Positions 26,989 through 41,000 of a stretch of 64,000 nucleotides of DNA are shown here, piece after piece (the first letter of the stretch is position 1; each line of letters opens with the position of its first letter). Made by a program: the position numbers and the translations under genes. The notes below the pieces were generated by a model that was not told where the DNA came from, ran no database searches, and saw only the letters and a list, made by a program, of their open reading frames with translations. Source of the stretch: Eledone cirrhosa (lineage: Eukaryota). The stretch lies in NCBI GenBank assembly GCA_964016885.1, contig OZ024765.1, positions 9,920,001 to 9,984,000 of the forward strand, in the 5' to 3' direction.

Positions 26989-27217
26989 TTAAAGTTTAGG
27001 GGTACATTCCCTTTTGGATTCAAACTTGAAGATGACATCAAAAGTTTTGCCTCCAAGTCGCTGTGCCAGCCATTCATTTTTGATGATGGCCATCTTCAGA
27101 GAGTCACACGAGAAATGGGCATTGAGATTGGTGTGGATGGCACGACCCATTCCTTCTAGAATGATCAGATCAGTTCCAAACTGGAGCATACTGTTGGCAA
27201 GGTTCTTGTCAATCAAT
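26989..27217 (-). CDS. PANK4: PANK4 terminal coding exon LIDKNLA...LIILEGMGRAIHTN...IKNEWLAQRLGG...FKFESKRECTPKL*
   Basis: ctccAG acceptor; subfamily-II EGMGR motif; TAA stop at 26989-26991. Confidence 0.95.
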
Positions 27218-27428
27218 CTGGAGATAGAAAAATATCTGTATTACTAGAATTAGAGCAGGTAGTTTGGTTTTATTTTTACTGAAAAGGTTGGTGTATGGTG
27301 GGAAGGGTTGAGTGTAGGATTATGTTTGTTTCCTTCTTTTTTTGCTCACTCCAAGTAAGGCAGTAAACCCACTAAAATACAAAAGGTTACTGAGAAGGGA
27401 GAAAGATAAGACAGGGAGAACATAATTA

Positions 27429-27466
<38 letters not shown>

Positions 27467-27999
27467 TATCACGGGTTCAATTGGGGGGGGGGGGGTAACC
27501 ACAGTCGTAAAATACTCAATTACTCAATACATAGCAGAGTATGAACATTTAATATAGAAATGGCTTCTACAGGGCTAAAACTGTTTCATATATATGTGAG
27601 AAAAACCACAGACCCTCCATCTCAACTCTACCTTTGAAAAGCAGAAGAACTGCGAAACCGGTAAAGGAACCAAATAAATATATATATTTTTTAAAATAAG
27701 ACTCCAGTTGCATTTTCGATTTCATCTTTTTTTCTTTATACTTTCACCCGTGTAGGACACCTCGGTTATTTTTCATTTTGTAAAAAAACCTCACTTTCTA
27801 ATATATATATGATATTTACTCACCTAAAGCAAACAAGCAAGGCAATAAAGTCACTAAAATACAAGGGGTTACTAAGAATGGGAACAAAATGAGTCAAAGA
27901 AAACATAATCCATGGAGAGAGAAGATGACAAGTAATGTTGTTTTTGAATTTTTACAAATTGCAGTTCAAGGTCAGGGTAGCAAGAAGCCAGAATAGAAT

Positions 28000-28692
28000 T
28001 CAATAGGTGAGATGTGAGAGGAAAGAAATTGAAAGGGGCTTCCATAGGTGAGATGTGTAAGGGAAGAAACAATCAGAAGGGAAGTCTATAGGTGAGATGT
28101 GTGAGGAAAGAAACTATCAGAAGATAATTACAGAGGTGAGATGTGAGAGGAAAGAAACTATCAGAAGATAATTACAGAGGTGAGATGTGTGAGGAAAGAA
28201 ACTATCAGAAGATAATTCCATAGGTGAGATGTGAGAGGGAAGAAACTACCAGAGGATAATTACAGAGGTGAGATGTGTGAGGAAAGAAACTATCAGAAGA
28301 TAATTACAGAGGTGAGATGTGTGAGGAAAGAAACTATCAGAAGATAATTCCATAGGTGAGATGTGAGAGGGAAGAAACTACCAGAGGATAATTACAGAGG
28401 TGAGATGTGAGAGGGAAGAAACTACCAGAGGATAATTACAGAGGTGAGATGTGAGAGGAAAGAAACTATCAGAAGATAATTACAGAGGTGAGATGTGAGA
28501 GGAAAGAAACTACCAGAAGATAATTACAGAGGTGAGATGTGAGAGGAAAGAAACTATCAGAAGATAATTACAGAGGTGAGATGTGTGAGGAAAGAAACTA
28601 TCAGAAGATAATTCCATAGGTGAGATGTGTGAGGAAAGAAACTATCAGAAGATAATTCCATAGGTGAGATGTGAGAAACTATCAGAGGATAA
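28000..28692. repeat. 44-bp intronic minisatellite, about 15 copies
   Basis: aggtgagatgtgwgaggaaagaaactatcagaagataattacag. Confidence 0.96.
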
Positions 28693-28843
28693 TTTGTGAT
28701 TGCATTTCAGAACTTCAAGTGTAAATTGATGAAACATGGCTGCCAATCTGTTGCTCTGTTTAAATTTGTGAATACGAGGCAACAAAGAAGAAAGCTCATC
28801 AGAACAAGAGTGGTTTAGACAGAGAGAGAGCATGTAAACCCAC

Positions 28844-29013
28844 CTTAAATCAAGACACGGAGATCCTTGGCCTGACTTCATCACCAAAAGCTGTTTGTCA
28901 GTCAATGCTTGGGAGATAACTCCATCCATTCCAGCAATTTGCTTCACAATAATTCTTAGTTCGGTATATAAAATGTCGTTAAGGCTGGGTCTCGAGTTAG
29001 CACACAGGATCAC
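28844..29013 (-). CDS. PANK4: PANK4 exon VILCANSRPSLNDILYTEL...KSGQGSPCLDLR
   Basis: ttcttcAG acceptor and GTggg donor; 170 nt; PxLND and SPCLDL motifs. Confidence 0.95.
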
Positions 29014-29259
29014 CTGAAGAAATATATTGTTAAAATAGATTTAGCCTCTCTAGACATTTGATTGTGAGTCCATCATGGCATTTCTGTGGGCTATAGAAAT
29101 ACTTGACAGAACCTGTCTCCTCTCCAAATTAATTTAGCCATTTTAGATGTTTGACTGTGTATCCATGATGGCATTTCAATGAGCCTTAGAGATGTTTGGC
29201 AATGTCCACTCCTCCCCAAGTGTCCAGTCCCTCCCTAAATGTCAATCAAGGCATTTCAG

Positions 29260-29290
<31 letters not shown>

Positions 29291-29334
29291 AAGTTAAATA
29301 AAAGTCAAATGATTAAAATTTAGCTTCGTTTATT

Positions 29335-29389
29335 ACTGCTATATATATTTCAGTGACAGCCATCTTTGGCTGTGACCTCTTCAGGCAGT
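29335..29389 (-). ncRNA. Minimal type I hammerhead ribozyme motif
   Basis: actgc-CTGAAGA-g-gtcacagcca(aaga)tggctgtcac-t-GAAA-tatata-TA-gcagt: stem I, full core, long stem II and palindromic stem III. Confidence 0.8.
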
Positions 29390-29984
29390 TTGAATTAGTA
29401 TGGTATAGACAAGTACATATGTTGTTGAGGTGTATAATATTGTCAATACTCTGATATGCCCAGTTCCTTGTTGGGTTGTTATTTCACTGAGGAACTGTAG
29501 TCATCATTTGACTTTTATTTAACTTTATTTTACACTACTCCGGAGTAACCAAACCAACCTGCGCACTTCGTCGAGTGCTCCAGCCTGCATACTGAGGTGT
29601 TGGTATACAACCAACATAAACTCAAAATCTCTATATATATGCTTTTTACATTCATTTAATTTATTGATTTTTTGAGATTTTTTATCTGAGTGTCCCGAAT
29701 ATTCCGGATCGTAAATTTTCGATCGTACGGTTGATTATAGACTTATTCTGTGTGTGACGGTATTTTAACGATAGTTATAGCTCTGATTTATCCAAATTAT
29801 GGAGCACTCTGCCGCTCATATCGAATTTTGTTTATCGTGAACTCGTGCGCCGATTTTTCGATACTCGATTATTCTACTATATATATATATATAGTAATAA
29901 TAATAATAATAAATTTGAAGACTAAAATCCAAAGAGGGCTCGATAAGGATAAAAATATATCAAATATATAAGAACCGTAGAGCA

Positions 29985-30124
29985 AATATTTATCAAAATA
30001 ACAGATTAAAGTTTAAGCAAAGAATCGCTGCTTTCACCCTTAACGGGATCTTCTGAAACTGAAGATCCCGTTAAGGGTGAAAGCAGCGATTCTTTGCTTA
30101 AACTTTAATCTGTTATTTTAATAA

Positions 30125-30128
<4 letters not shown>
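29985..30128. repeat. Fold-back element with a hammerhead-like core at the fold
   Basis: ~68-bp arms around tgaaact; right arm begins CTGAAGA-tcccgttaagggt-GAAA. Confidence 0.75.
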
Positions 30129-30155
<27 letters not shown>

Positions 30156-30296
30156 CATATGTATATATGGATATATATATATGTATGTGTGTGTGTGCCT
30201 CTGTGTCAGTGTGACGTATGTGTATGTCTGTATGTAATATGTATGTATGTATGTATATATCTGTATGTGTATTCTGTACACTGAGGACCAACCTAC

Positions 30297-30454
30297 CTTA
30301 GTACCATCCATGATTAAATCCCTGACAAATGGTAACAGTCCAAGGACAATATCAGCTCCGCTGTTATCACAGAAGACTGCAGCACACTTATAGGGGGGGC
30401 AGGATACCCGACATTTCACCCACAGGTCAAAATCATCCACCAACCAGGGTCGCG
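30297..30454 (-). CDS. PANK4: PANK4 exon ARPWLVDDFDLW...CAAVFCDNSGADIVLGLLPFVRDLIMDGTK
   Basis: ttccAG acceptor and GTagg donor; 158 nt; metal-binding DNSG motif intact. Confidence 0.95.
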
Positions 30455-30511
30455 CTGGAAGATAAACATACATCTCTTGTATTACTATTATTATTATTAT
30501 TATTATTATTA

Positions 30512-31225
30512 CGGTGGATTGGCAGTATCGGTAGAGAGTTAGACGCCATGCTTTGCAGCATAGAGTTACAGCCCTTATGATCTGAGTTTAAATCCCGCCG
30601 AGGTTAACTTTGCCTTTCATCCTTACAGGGTTGATAAAATAAAGTACCAGTAATACACTGGGATAATTGCTGGTCTTATGCCAAAAGTAGAAACAATTAT
30701 TATTATTATTATTATTTTGCGGTGGATTGGCAGTATCGGTAGAGGGTCGGACACCATGCTTTGACGCATAGAGTTACGGCCCTTGCCATTCTGAGTTCAA
30801 ATCCCACTGAGGTTAACTTTGCCTTTCATCCTTACGGGTTCGATAAAATAAAGTACCAGTAATACACTGGGTGATTACTGGCCTTGTGCCAAAAGTAGAA
30901 ACAACTATTATTAATATTATTTTGTTGGCCTTGTGCCTAAATCAAAAACCATTACTATTAGTAGAAGGCGGTGGATTGGCAGTATCGGTAGAGGGTCGGA
31001 CGCCATGTTTTGCAAGCATAGAGTTACGCCCCTTTATGATCTGAGTTCAAATCCCGCCAAGGTTAACTTTGCCTTTCATCCTTACGGGGTCGATAAAATA
31101 AAGTACCAGTCATGCACTGAGGTCGATTTAATCAAGTTTCCCCCCAAAAAAAATTGCTGGCCTTGTGCCTATATAAGAAACCCTTACTGTTAGTAGAAGG
31201 TGGGGGATTGCCAGAATCGGTAGAG
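30512..31225 (+). mobile_element. Three head-to-tail copies of the SINE plus the start of a fourth, filling a PANK4 intron
   Basis: cggtggattggcagtatcggtagag heads at about 30512, 30719 and 30969; partial head at about 31200. Confidence 0.88.
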
Positions 31226-31255
31226 CAATGGAGATGAATAATAAAACCATCTCAC

Positions 31256-31460
31256 CTTGAATTTTATTCATGGCTTCAACAAATCCAAACTCCTGCGACT
31301 CCATGATGTCTACAACCTGCTTGGCTCCCCAGTCAAACATGTTCCCGGCCAGCACTCCCTTCACCAGCGAGAATTGTCTCCCTTTGTAGTCTTCGTTGTC
31401 CAGCATAGTGAGACGGTCGGGCAGATGCCGGAGGGACTGCTCATTCTCGGACAGTTTCAA
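31256..31460 (-). CDS. PANK4: PANK4 exon LKLSENEQSL...LVKGVLAGNMFDWGAKQV...EAMNKIQ
   Basis: ctccAG acceptor and GTgag donor; 205 nt; DUF89 GNxFDWGA motif. Confidence 0.95.
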
Positions 31461-32054
31461 CTGGAGTGGCAGGGAATATGGTGGTAGTTAGTGGTGGTGG
31501 AAGTGGGGGGAGGGGTTGTTGGCAGTGTGGGGGGGGGGCAGTGGTGTTGGTGGTGGTGGTGGCGGTGATGTTGGTGGTAGTGTTGATGGTAGTGGTGGTG
31601 TTGGTGGTGGTGTTGGTGTTGGTGATGATGGCAATGGTGGTGGTGGTCATGGTGGTCATGGTGGTGGTGGTGGTGGTGGTGGTGATGTGGTGGTGTTGGT
31701 GGTGTTGGTGGTGGTGATGATGGTCATGGTGGTGGTGGTGGTGGTGGTGTTGGCGGGGGGTGAAGGGGGTCGGTGGAGGAATATATGGAGTTGGGGAAGG
31801 TGGTGGCAGTGGAGAGTGTGGGGGCGGAGGAGGATGTGGAGTTGGGGAAGATGGTGGGTATGGGGGTAGGAAGATGGTGGTAGTGGTGGTGGAGGATGTG
31901 GTGGTGGTGATGGATGGGGTGAAGGTTGTGGGGTTAGGGAAGATGGTGGAGAAGCATGAGGAGTTGGGGAAGATGGTGGTAGTGGTAGAGGAGGAAGTGG
32001 GAGAGGGGGGTGAAGAAGAAGATTGAAAAAGTAAACATTAACACAGATTCACAT

Positions 32055-35000
32055 ATATGTTGACATAGTTAAATGTTGACAAAAGACAGGTATATGTTGA
32101 TATACAGCTGGACATATGTTGACATATAGCTAGGCTTTTGTTGACATATTGCTAGGCTTATGTTGACATACAGCTAGGGATATGCTGACACATAGCTAGG
32201 CTTATGTTGACATACAGCTAGACATGTTCACATATAGCTAGGGATATGTTGACATACAGCTAGGCTTATGTTGACATACAGCTAGGCTTATGTTGACATA
32301 CAGCTAGGCTTATGTTGACATACAGCTAAGGATATGTTGACACATAGCTAGGCTTATGTTGACATACAGCTAGACATGTTCACATATAGGTAGGGATATG
32401 TTGACATACAGCTAGGCTTATGTTGACATACAGCTAGGCTTATGTTGACATACAGCTAGGCTTATGTTGACATACAGCTAGGGATATGTTGACACGTAGC
32501 TAAGCTTATGTTGACATACAGCTAGACATTTTCACATATAGCCAGGGATATGTTGACATACAGCTAGGCTTATGTTGACATACAGCTAGGGATATGTTGA
32601 CACGTAGCTAGGCTTATGTTGACATACAGCTAGACATTTTCACATATAGCCAGGGATATGTTGACATACAGCTAGGCTTATGTTGACATACAGCTTGGGA
32701 TATGCTGACACATAGCTAGGCTTATGTTGACATACAGCTAGACATGTTCACATATAGCTAGGGATATGTTGACATACAGCTAGGCTTATGTTGACATACA
32801 GCTAGGGATATGCTGACACATAGCTAGGCTTATGTTGACGTACAGCTAGACATGTTCACATATAGGTAGGGATATGTTGACATACAGCTAGGCTCATGTT
32901 GACATACAGCTAGGGATATGTTGACACATAGCTAGGCTTATGTTGACATACAGCTAGACATGTTCAAATTTAGGTAGGGATATGTTGACATACAGCTAGG
33001 CTTATGTTGACATACAGCTAGGGATATGTTGATACATAGCTAGGCTTATGTTGACATACAGCTAGGGATATGTTGACACATAGCTAGGCTTATGTTGACA
33101 TACAGCTAGACATGTTCACATATAGGTAGGGATATGTTGACATACAGCTAGGCTTATGTTGACATACAGCTAGGGATATGTTGACACATAGCTAGGCTTA
33201 AGTTGACATACAGCTAAACATGTTCACATATAGGTAGGGGTATGTTGACATACAGCTAGGCTTATGTTGACATACAGCTAGGGATATGTTGACACATAGC
33301 TAGGCTTATGTTGACATACAGCTAGACATGTTCACATATAGGTAGGGATATGTTGACATACAGCTAGGCTTATGTTGACATACAGCTAGGCTTATGTTCA
33401 CATACAGCTAGGGATATGCTGACACATAGCTAGGCTTATGTTGACATACAGCTAGACATGTTCACATATAGCTAGGGATATGTTGACATACAGCTAGGTT
33501 TATGTTGACATACGGCTAGGGATATGTTGACACATAGCTAGGCTTATGTTGACATACAGCTAAAGATGTTCACATATAGGTAGGGGTATGTTGACATACA
33601 GCTAGGCTTATGTTGACATACAGCTAGGGATATGTTGACACGTAGCTAGGCTTATGTTGACATACAGCTAGACATGTTCACATATAGCTAGGGATATGTT
33701 GACATACAGCTAGGCTTATGTTGACATACAGCTAGGGATATGCTGACACGTAGCTAGGCTTATGTTGACATACAGCTAGACATGTTCACATATAGCTAGG
33801 GATATGTTGACATACAGCTAGGGATATGTTGACACGTAGCTAGGCTTATGTTGACATACAGCTAGACATTTTCACATATAGCTAGGGATATGTTGACATA
33901 CAGCTAGGCTTATGTTGACATACAGCTAGGGATATGCTGACACGTAGCTAGGCTTATGTTGACATACAGCTAGACATGTTCACATATAGCTAGGGATATG
34001 TTGACATACAGCTAGGCTTATGTTGACATCCAGCTAGGGATATGCTGACACATAGCTAGGCTTATGTTGACATACAGCTAGACATGTTCACATATAGCTA
34101 GGGATATGTTGACATACAGCTAGGCTTATGTTGACATACAGCTAGGCTTATGTTGACATACAGCTAGGCTTATGTTGACATACAGCTAAGGATATGTTGA
34201 CACATAGCTAGGCTTATGTTGACATACAGCTAGACATGTTCACATATAGGTGGGGATATGTTGACATACAGCTAGGCTTATGTTGACATACAGCTAGGCT
34301 TATGTTGACATACAGCTAGGCTTATGTTGACATACAGCTAGGGATATGTTGACACGTAGCTAGGCTTATGTTGACATACAGCTAGACATTTTCACATATA
34401 GCCAGGGATATGTTGACATACAGCTAGGCTTATGTTGACATACAGCTAGGGATATGTTGACACGTAGCTAGGCTTATGTTGACATACAGCTAGACATTTT
34501 CACATATAGCCAGGGATATGTTGACATACAGCTAGGCTTATGTTGACATACAGCTTGGGATATGCTGACACATAGCTAGGCTTATGTTGACATACAGCTA
34601 GACATGTTCACATATAGCTAGGGATATGTTGACATACAGCTAGGCTTATGTTGACATACAGCTAGGGATATGCTGACACATAGCTAGGCTTATGTTGACG
34701 TACAGCTAGACATGTTCACATATAGGTAGGGATATGTTGACATACAACTAGGCTCATGTTGACATACAGCTAGGGATATGTTGACACATAGCTAGGCTTA
34801 TGTTGACATACAGCTAGACATGTTCAAATTTAGGTAGGGATATGTTGACATACAGCTAGGCTTATGTTGACATACAGCTAGGGATATGTTGATACATAGC
34901 TAGGCTTATGTTGACATACAGCTAGGGATATGTTGACACATAGCTAGGCTTATGTTGACATACAGCTAGACATGTTCACATATAGGTAGGGATATGTTGA

Positions 35001-38000
35001 CATACAGCTAGGCTTATGTTGACATACAGCTAGGGATATGTTGACACATAGCTAGGCTTAAGTTGACATACAGCTAAACATGTTCACATATAGGTAGGGG
35101 TATGTTGACATACAGCTAGGCTTATGTTGACATACAGCTAGGGATATGTTGACACATAGCTAGGCTTATGTTGACATACAGCTAGACATGTTCACATATA
35201 GGTAGGGATATGTTGACATACAGCTAGGCTTATGTTGACATACAGCTAGGCTTATGTTCACATACAGCTAGGGATATGCTGACACATAGCTAGGCTTATG
35301 TTGACATACAGCTAGACATGTTCACATATAGCTAGGGATATGTTGACATACAGCTAGGTTTATGTTGACATACGGCTAGGGATATGTTGACACATAGCTA
35401 GGCTTATGTTGACATACAGCTAAAGATGTTCACATATAGGTAGGGGTATGTTGACATACAGCTAGGCTTATGTTGACATACAGCTAGGGATATGTTGACA
35501 CGTAGCTAGGCTTATGTTGACATACAGCTAGACATGTTCACATATAGCTAGGGATATGTTGACATACAGCTAGGCTTATGTTGACATACAGCTAGGGATA
35601 TGCTGACACGTAGCTAGGCTTATGTTGACATACAGCTAGACATGTTCACATATAGCTAGGGATATGTTGACATACAGCTAGGGATATATTGACACGTAGC
35701 TAGGCTTATGTTGACATACAGCTAGACATTTTCACATATAGCTAGGGATATGTTGACATACAGCTAGGCTTATGTTGACATACAGCTAGGGATATGCTGA
35801 CACGTAGCTAGGCTTATGTTGACATACAGCTAGACATGTTCACATATAGCTAGGGATATGTTGACATACAGCTAGAGATATGTTGACACATAGCTAGGCT
35901 TATGTTGACATACAGCTAAACATGTTCACATATAGGTAGGGGTATGTTGACATACAGCTAGGCTTATCTTGACATACAGCTAGGCTTATGTTGACATACA
36001 GCTAGGGATATGTTGACACATAGCTAGGCTTATGTTGACATGCAGCTAGACATGTTCACATATAGCTAGGGATATGTTGACATACAGCTAGACTTATGTT
36101 GACATACAGCTAGGGGTATGCTGACACATAGCTAGCCTTATGTTGACATACAGCTAGACATGTTCACATATAGCTAGGGATATGTTGACATACAGATAGG
36201 CTTATGTTGACATACGGCTAGGGATATGTTGACACATAGCTAGGCTTATGTTGACATACAGCTAAACATGTTCACATATAGGTAGGGGTATGTTGACATA
36301 CAGCTAGGCTTATGTTGACATACAGCTAGGCTTATGTTGACATACAGCTAGGGATATGTTGACACGTAGCTAGGCTTATGTTGACATACAGCTAGACATG
36401 TTCACATATAGCTAGGGATATGTTGACATACAGCTAGGCTTATGTGGACATACAGCTAGGGATATGCTGACACATAGCTAGGCTTATGTTGACATACAGC
36501 TAGACATGTTCACATATAGCTAGGGATATGTTGACATACAGCTAGGCTTATGTTGACATACAGCTAGGGATATGTTGACACGTAGCTAGGCTTATGTTGA
36601 CATACAGCTAGACATGTTCACATATAGCTAGGGATATGTTGACATACAGCTAGGCTTATGTTGACATACAGCTAGGCTTATGTTGACATACAGCTAGGGA
36701 TATGTTGACACATAGCTAGGCTTATGTTGACAAACAGCTAGACATGTTCACATATAGCTAGGGATATGTTGACATACAGCTAGGCTTATGTTGACATACA
36801 GCTAGGCTTATGTTGACATACAGCTAGGCTTATGTTGACATACAGCTAGGCTTATGTTGACATACGGCTAAGGATATGTTGACACATAGCTAGGCTTATG
36901 TTGACATACAGCTAGACATGTTCACATATAGCTAGGGATATGTTGACATACAGCTAGGCTTATGTTGACATACAGCTAGGGATATGCTGACACGTAGCTA
37001 GGCTTATGTTGACATACAGCTAGACATTTTCACATATAGCTAGGGATATGTTGACATACAGTTAGGCTTATGTTGACATACAGCTAGGGATATGCTGACA
37101 CGTAGCTAGGCTTATGTTGACATACAGCTAGACATGTTCACATATAGCTAGGGATATGTTGACATACAGCTAGGCTTATGTTGACATACAGCTATGGATA
37201 TGCTGACACATAGCTAGGCTTATGTTGACATACAGCTAGACATGTTCACATATAGCTAGGGATATGTTGACATACAGCTAGGCTTATGTTGACATACAGC
37301 TAGGGATATGTTGACACGTAGCTAGGCTTATGTTGACACGTAGCTAGGCTTATGTGGACATACAGCTAGACATGTTCACATATAGCTAGGGATATGTTGA
37401 CATACATCTAGGCTTATGTTGACATACAGCTAGGGATATGTTGACACATAGCTAGGCTTATGTTGACATACAGCTAAACATGTTCACATATAGCTAGGGA
37501 TATGTTGACATACAGCTAGGCTTATGTTGACATACAGCTAGGGATATGTTGACACGTAGCTAGGTTTATGTTTACATACAGCTAGACATGTTCACATATA
37601 GCTAGGGATATGTTGACATACAGCTAGGCTTATGTTGACATACGGCTAGGGATATGTTGACACATAGCTAGGCTTATGTTGACATACAGCTAAACATGTT
37701 CACATATAGGTAGGGGTATGTTGACATACAGCTAGGCTTATGTTGACATACAGCTAGGCTTATGTTGACATACAGCTAGGGATATGTTGACACGTAGCTA
37801 GGCTTATGTTGACATACAGCTAGACATGTTCACATATAGCTAGGGATATGTTGACATACAGCTAGGCTTATGTGGACATACAGCTAGGGATATGCTGACA
37901 CATAGCTAGGCTTATGTTGACATACAGCTAGACATGTTCACATATAGCTAGGGATATGTTGACATACAGCTAGGCTTATGTTGACATACAGCTAGGGATA

Positions 38001-41000
38001 TGTTGACACGTAGCTAGGCTTATGTTGACATACAGCTAGACATGTTCACATATAGCTAGGGATATGTTGACATACAGCTAGGCTTATGTTGACATACAGC
38101 TAGGCTTATGTTGACATACAGCTAGGGATATGTTGACACGTAGCTAGGCTTATGTTGACACGTAGCTAGGCTTATGTGGACATACAGCTAGACATGTTCA
38201 CATATAGCTAGGGATATGTTGACATACATCTAGGCTTATGTTGACATACAGCTAGGGATATGTTGACACATAGCTAGGCTTATGTTGACATACAGCTAAA
38301 CATGTTCACATATAGCTAGGGATATGTTGACATACAGCTAGGCTTATGTTGACATACAGCTAGGGATATGTTGACACGTAGCTAGGTTTATGTTTACATA
38401 CAGCTAGACATGTTCACATATAGCTAGGGATATGTTGACATACAGCTAGGCTTATGTTGACATACGGCTAGGGATATGTTGACACATAGCTAGGCTTATG
38501 TTGACATACAGCTAAACATGTTCACATATAGGTAGGGGTATGTTGACATACAGCTAGGCTTATGTTGACATACAGCTAGGCTTATGTTGACATACAGCTA
38601 GGGATATGTTGACACGTAGCTAGGCTTATGTTGACATACAGCTAGACATGTTCACATATAGCTAGGGATATGTTGACATACAGCTAGGCTTATGTGGACA
38701 TACAGCTAGGGATATGCTGACACATAGCTAGGCTTATGTTGACATACAGCTAGACATGTTCACATATAGCTAGGGATATGTTGACATACAGCTAGGCTTA
38801 TGTTGACATACAGCTAGGGATATGTTGACACGTAGCTAGGCTTATGTTGACATACAGCTAGACATGTTCACATATAGCTAGGGATATGTTGACATACAGC
38901 TAGGCTTATGTTGACATACAGCTAGGCTTATGTTGACATACAGCTAGGGATATGTTGACACATAGCTAGGCTTATGTTGACATACAGCTAGACATGTTCA
39001 CATATAGCTAGGGATATGTTGACATACAGCTAGGCTTATGTTGACATACAGCTAGGCTTATGTTGACATACAGCTATGCTTATGTTGACATACAGCTAGG
39101 CTTATGTTGACATACGGCTAAGGATATGTTGACACATAGCTAGGCTTATGTTGACATACAGCTAGACATGTTCACATATAGCTAGGGATATGTTGACATA
39201 CAGCTAGGCTTATGTTGACATACAGCTAGGGATATGCTGACACGTAGCTAGGCTTATGTTGACATACAGCTAGACATTTTCACATATAGCTAGGGATATG
39301 TTGACATACAGTTAGGCTTATGTTGACATACAGCTAGGGATATGCTGACACGTAGCTAGGCTTATGTTGACATACAGCTAGACATGTTCACATATAGCTA
39401 GGGATATGTTGACATACAGCTAGGCTTATGTTGACATACAGCTATGGATATGCTGACACATAGCTAGGCTTATGTTGACATACAGCTAGACATGTTCACA
39501 TATAGCTAGGGATATGTTGACATACAGCTAGGCTTATGTTGACATACAGCTAGGGATATGTTGACACGTAGCTAGGCTTATGTTGACACGTAGCTAGGCT
39601 TATGTGGACATACAGCTAGACATGTTCACATATAGCTAGGGATATGTTGACATACATCTAGGCTTATGTTGACATACAGCTAGGGATATGTTGACACATA
39701 GCTAGGCTTATGTTGACATACAGCTAAACATGTTCACATATAGCTAGGGATATGTTGACATACAGCTAGGCTTATGTTGACATACAGCTAGGGATATGTT
39801 GACACGTAGCTAGGTTTATGTTTACATACAGCTAGACATGTTCACATATAGCTAGGGATATGTTGACATACAGCTAGGCTTATGTTGACATACAGCTAGG
39901 GATATGTTGACACGTAGCTAGGCTTATGTTGACATACAGCTAGACATGTTCACATATAGCTAGGGATATGTTGACATACAGCTAGGCTTATGTTGACATA
40001 CAGCTAGGGATATGTTGACACATAGCTAGGCTTATATTGACATACAGCTAAACATGTTCACATATAGGTAGAGGTATGTTGACATACAGCTAGGCTTATG
40101 TTGACATACAGCTAGGGATATGTCGACACGTAGCTAGGCTTATGTTAACATGCAGCTAGACATGTTCACATATAGCTAGGGATATGTTGACATACAGCTA
40201 GGCTTATGTTGACATACAGCTAGGGATATGTTGACACGTAGCTAGGCTTATGTTGACATACAGCTAGACATGTTCACATATAGCTAGGGATATGTTGACA
40301 TACAGCTAGGCTTATGTCGACATACAGCTAGGTATATGCTGACACATAGCTAGGCTTATGTTGACATACAGCTAGACATGTTCACATATAGCTAGGGATA
40401 TGTTGACATACAGCTAGGGTTATGTTGACATACAGCTAGGGATATGCTGACACATAGCTAGGCTTATGTTGACATACAACTAGACATGTTCACATATAGC
40501 TAGGGATATGTTGACGTACAGCTAGGCTTATGTTGACATACAGCTAGGGATATGTTGACACGTAGCTAGGCTTATGTTGACATACAGCTAGACATGTTCA
40601 CATATAGCTAGGGATATGTTGACATACAGCTAGGCTTATGTTGACATACAGCTAGGGATATGTTGACACGTAGCTAGGCTTATGTTAACATACAGCTAGA
40701 CATGTTCACATATAGCTAGGGATATGTTGACATACAGCTAGGCGTATGTTGACATACAGCTAGGCTTATGTTGACATACAGCTAGGGATATGTTGACACG
40801 TAGCTAGGCTTATGTTGACATACAGCTAGGGATATGCTGACACAGCTAGGCTTATGTTGACATACAGCTAGGGATATGCTGACACAGCTAGGCTTATGTT
40901 GACATACAGCTAGGCTTATGTTGACATACAGCTAGGGATATGTTGACACATAGCTAGGCTTATGTTGACATACAGCTAAACATGTTCACATATAGGTAGG

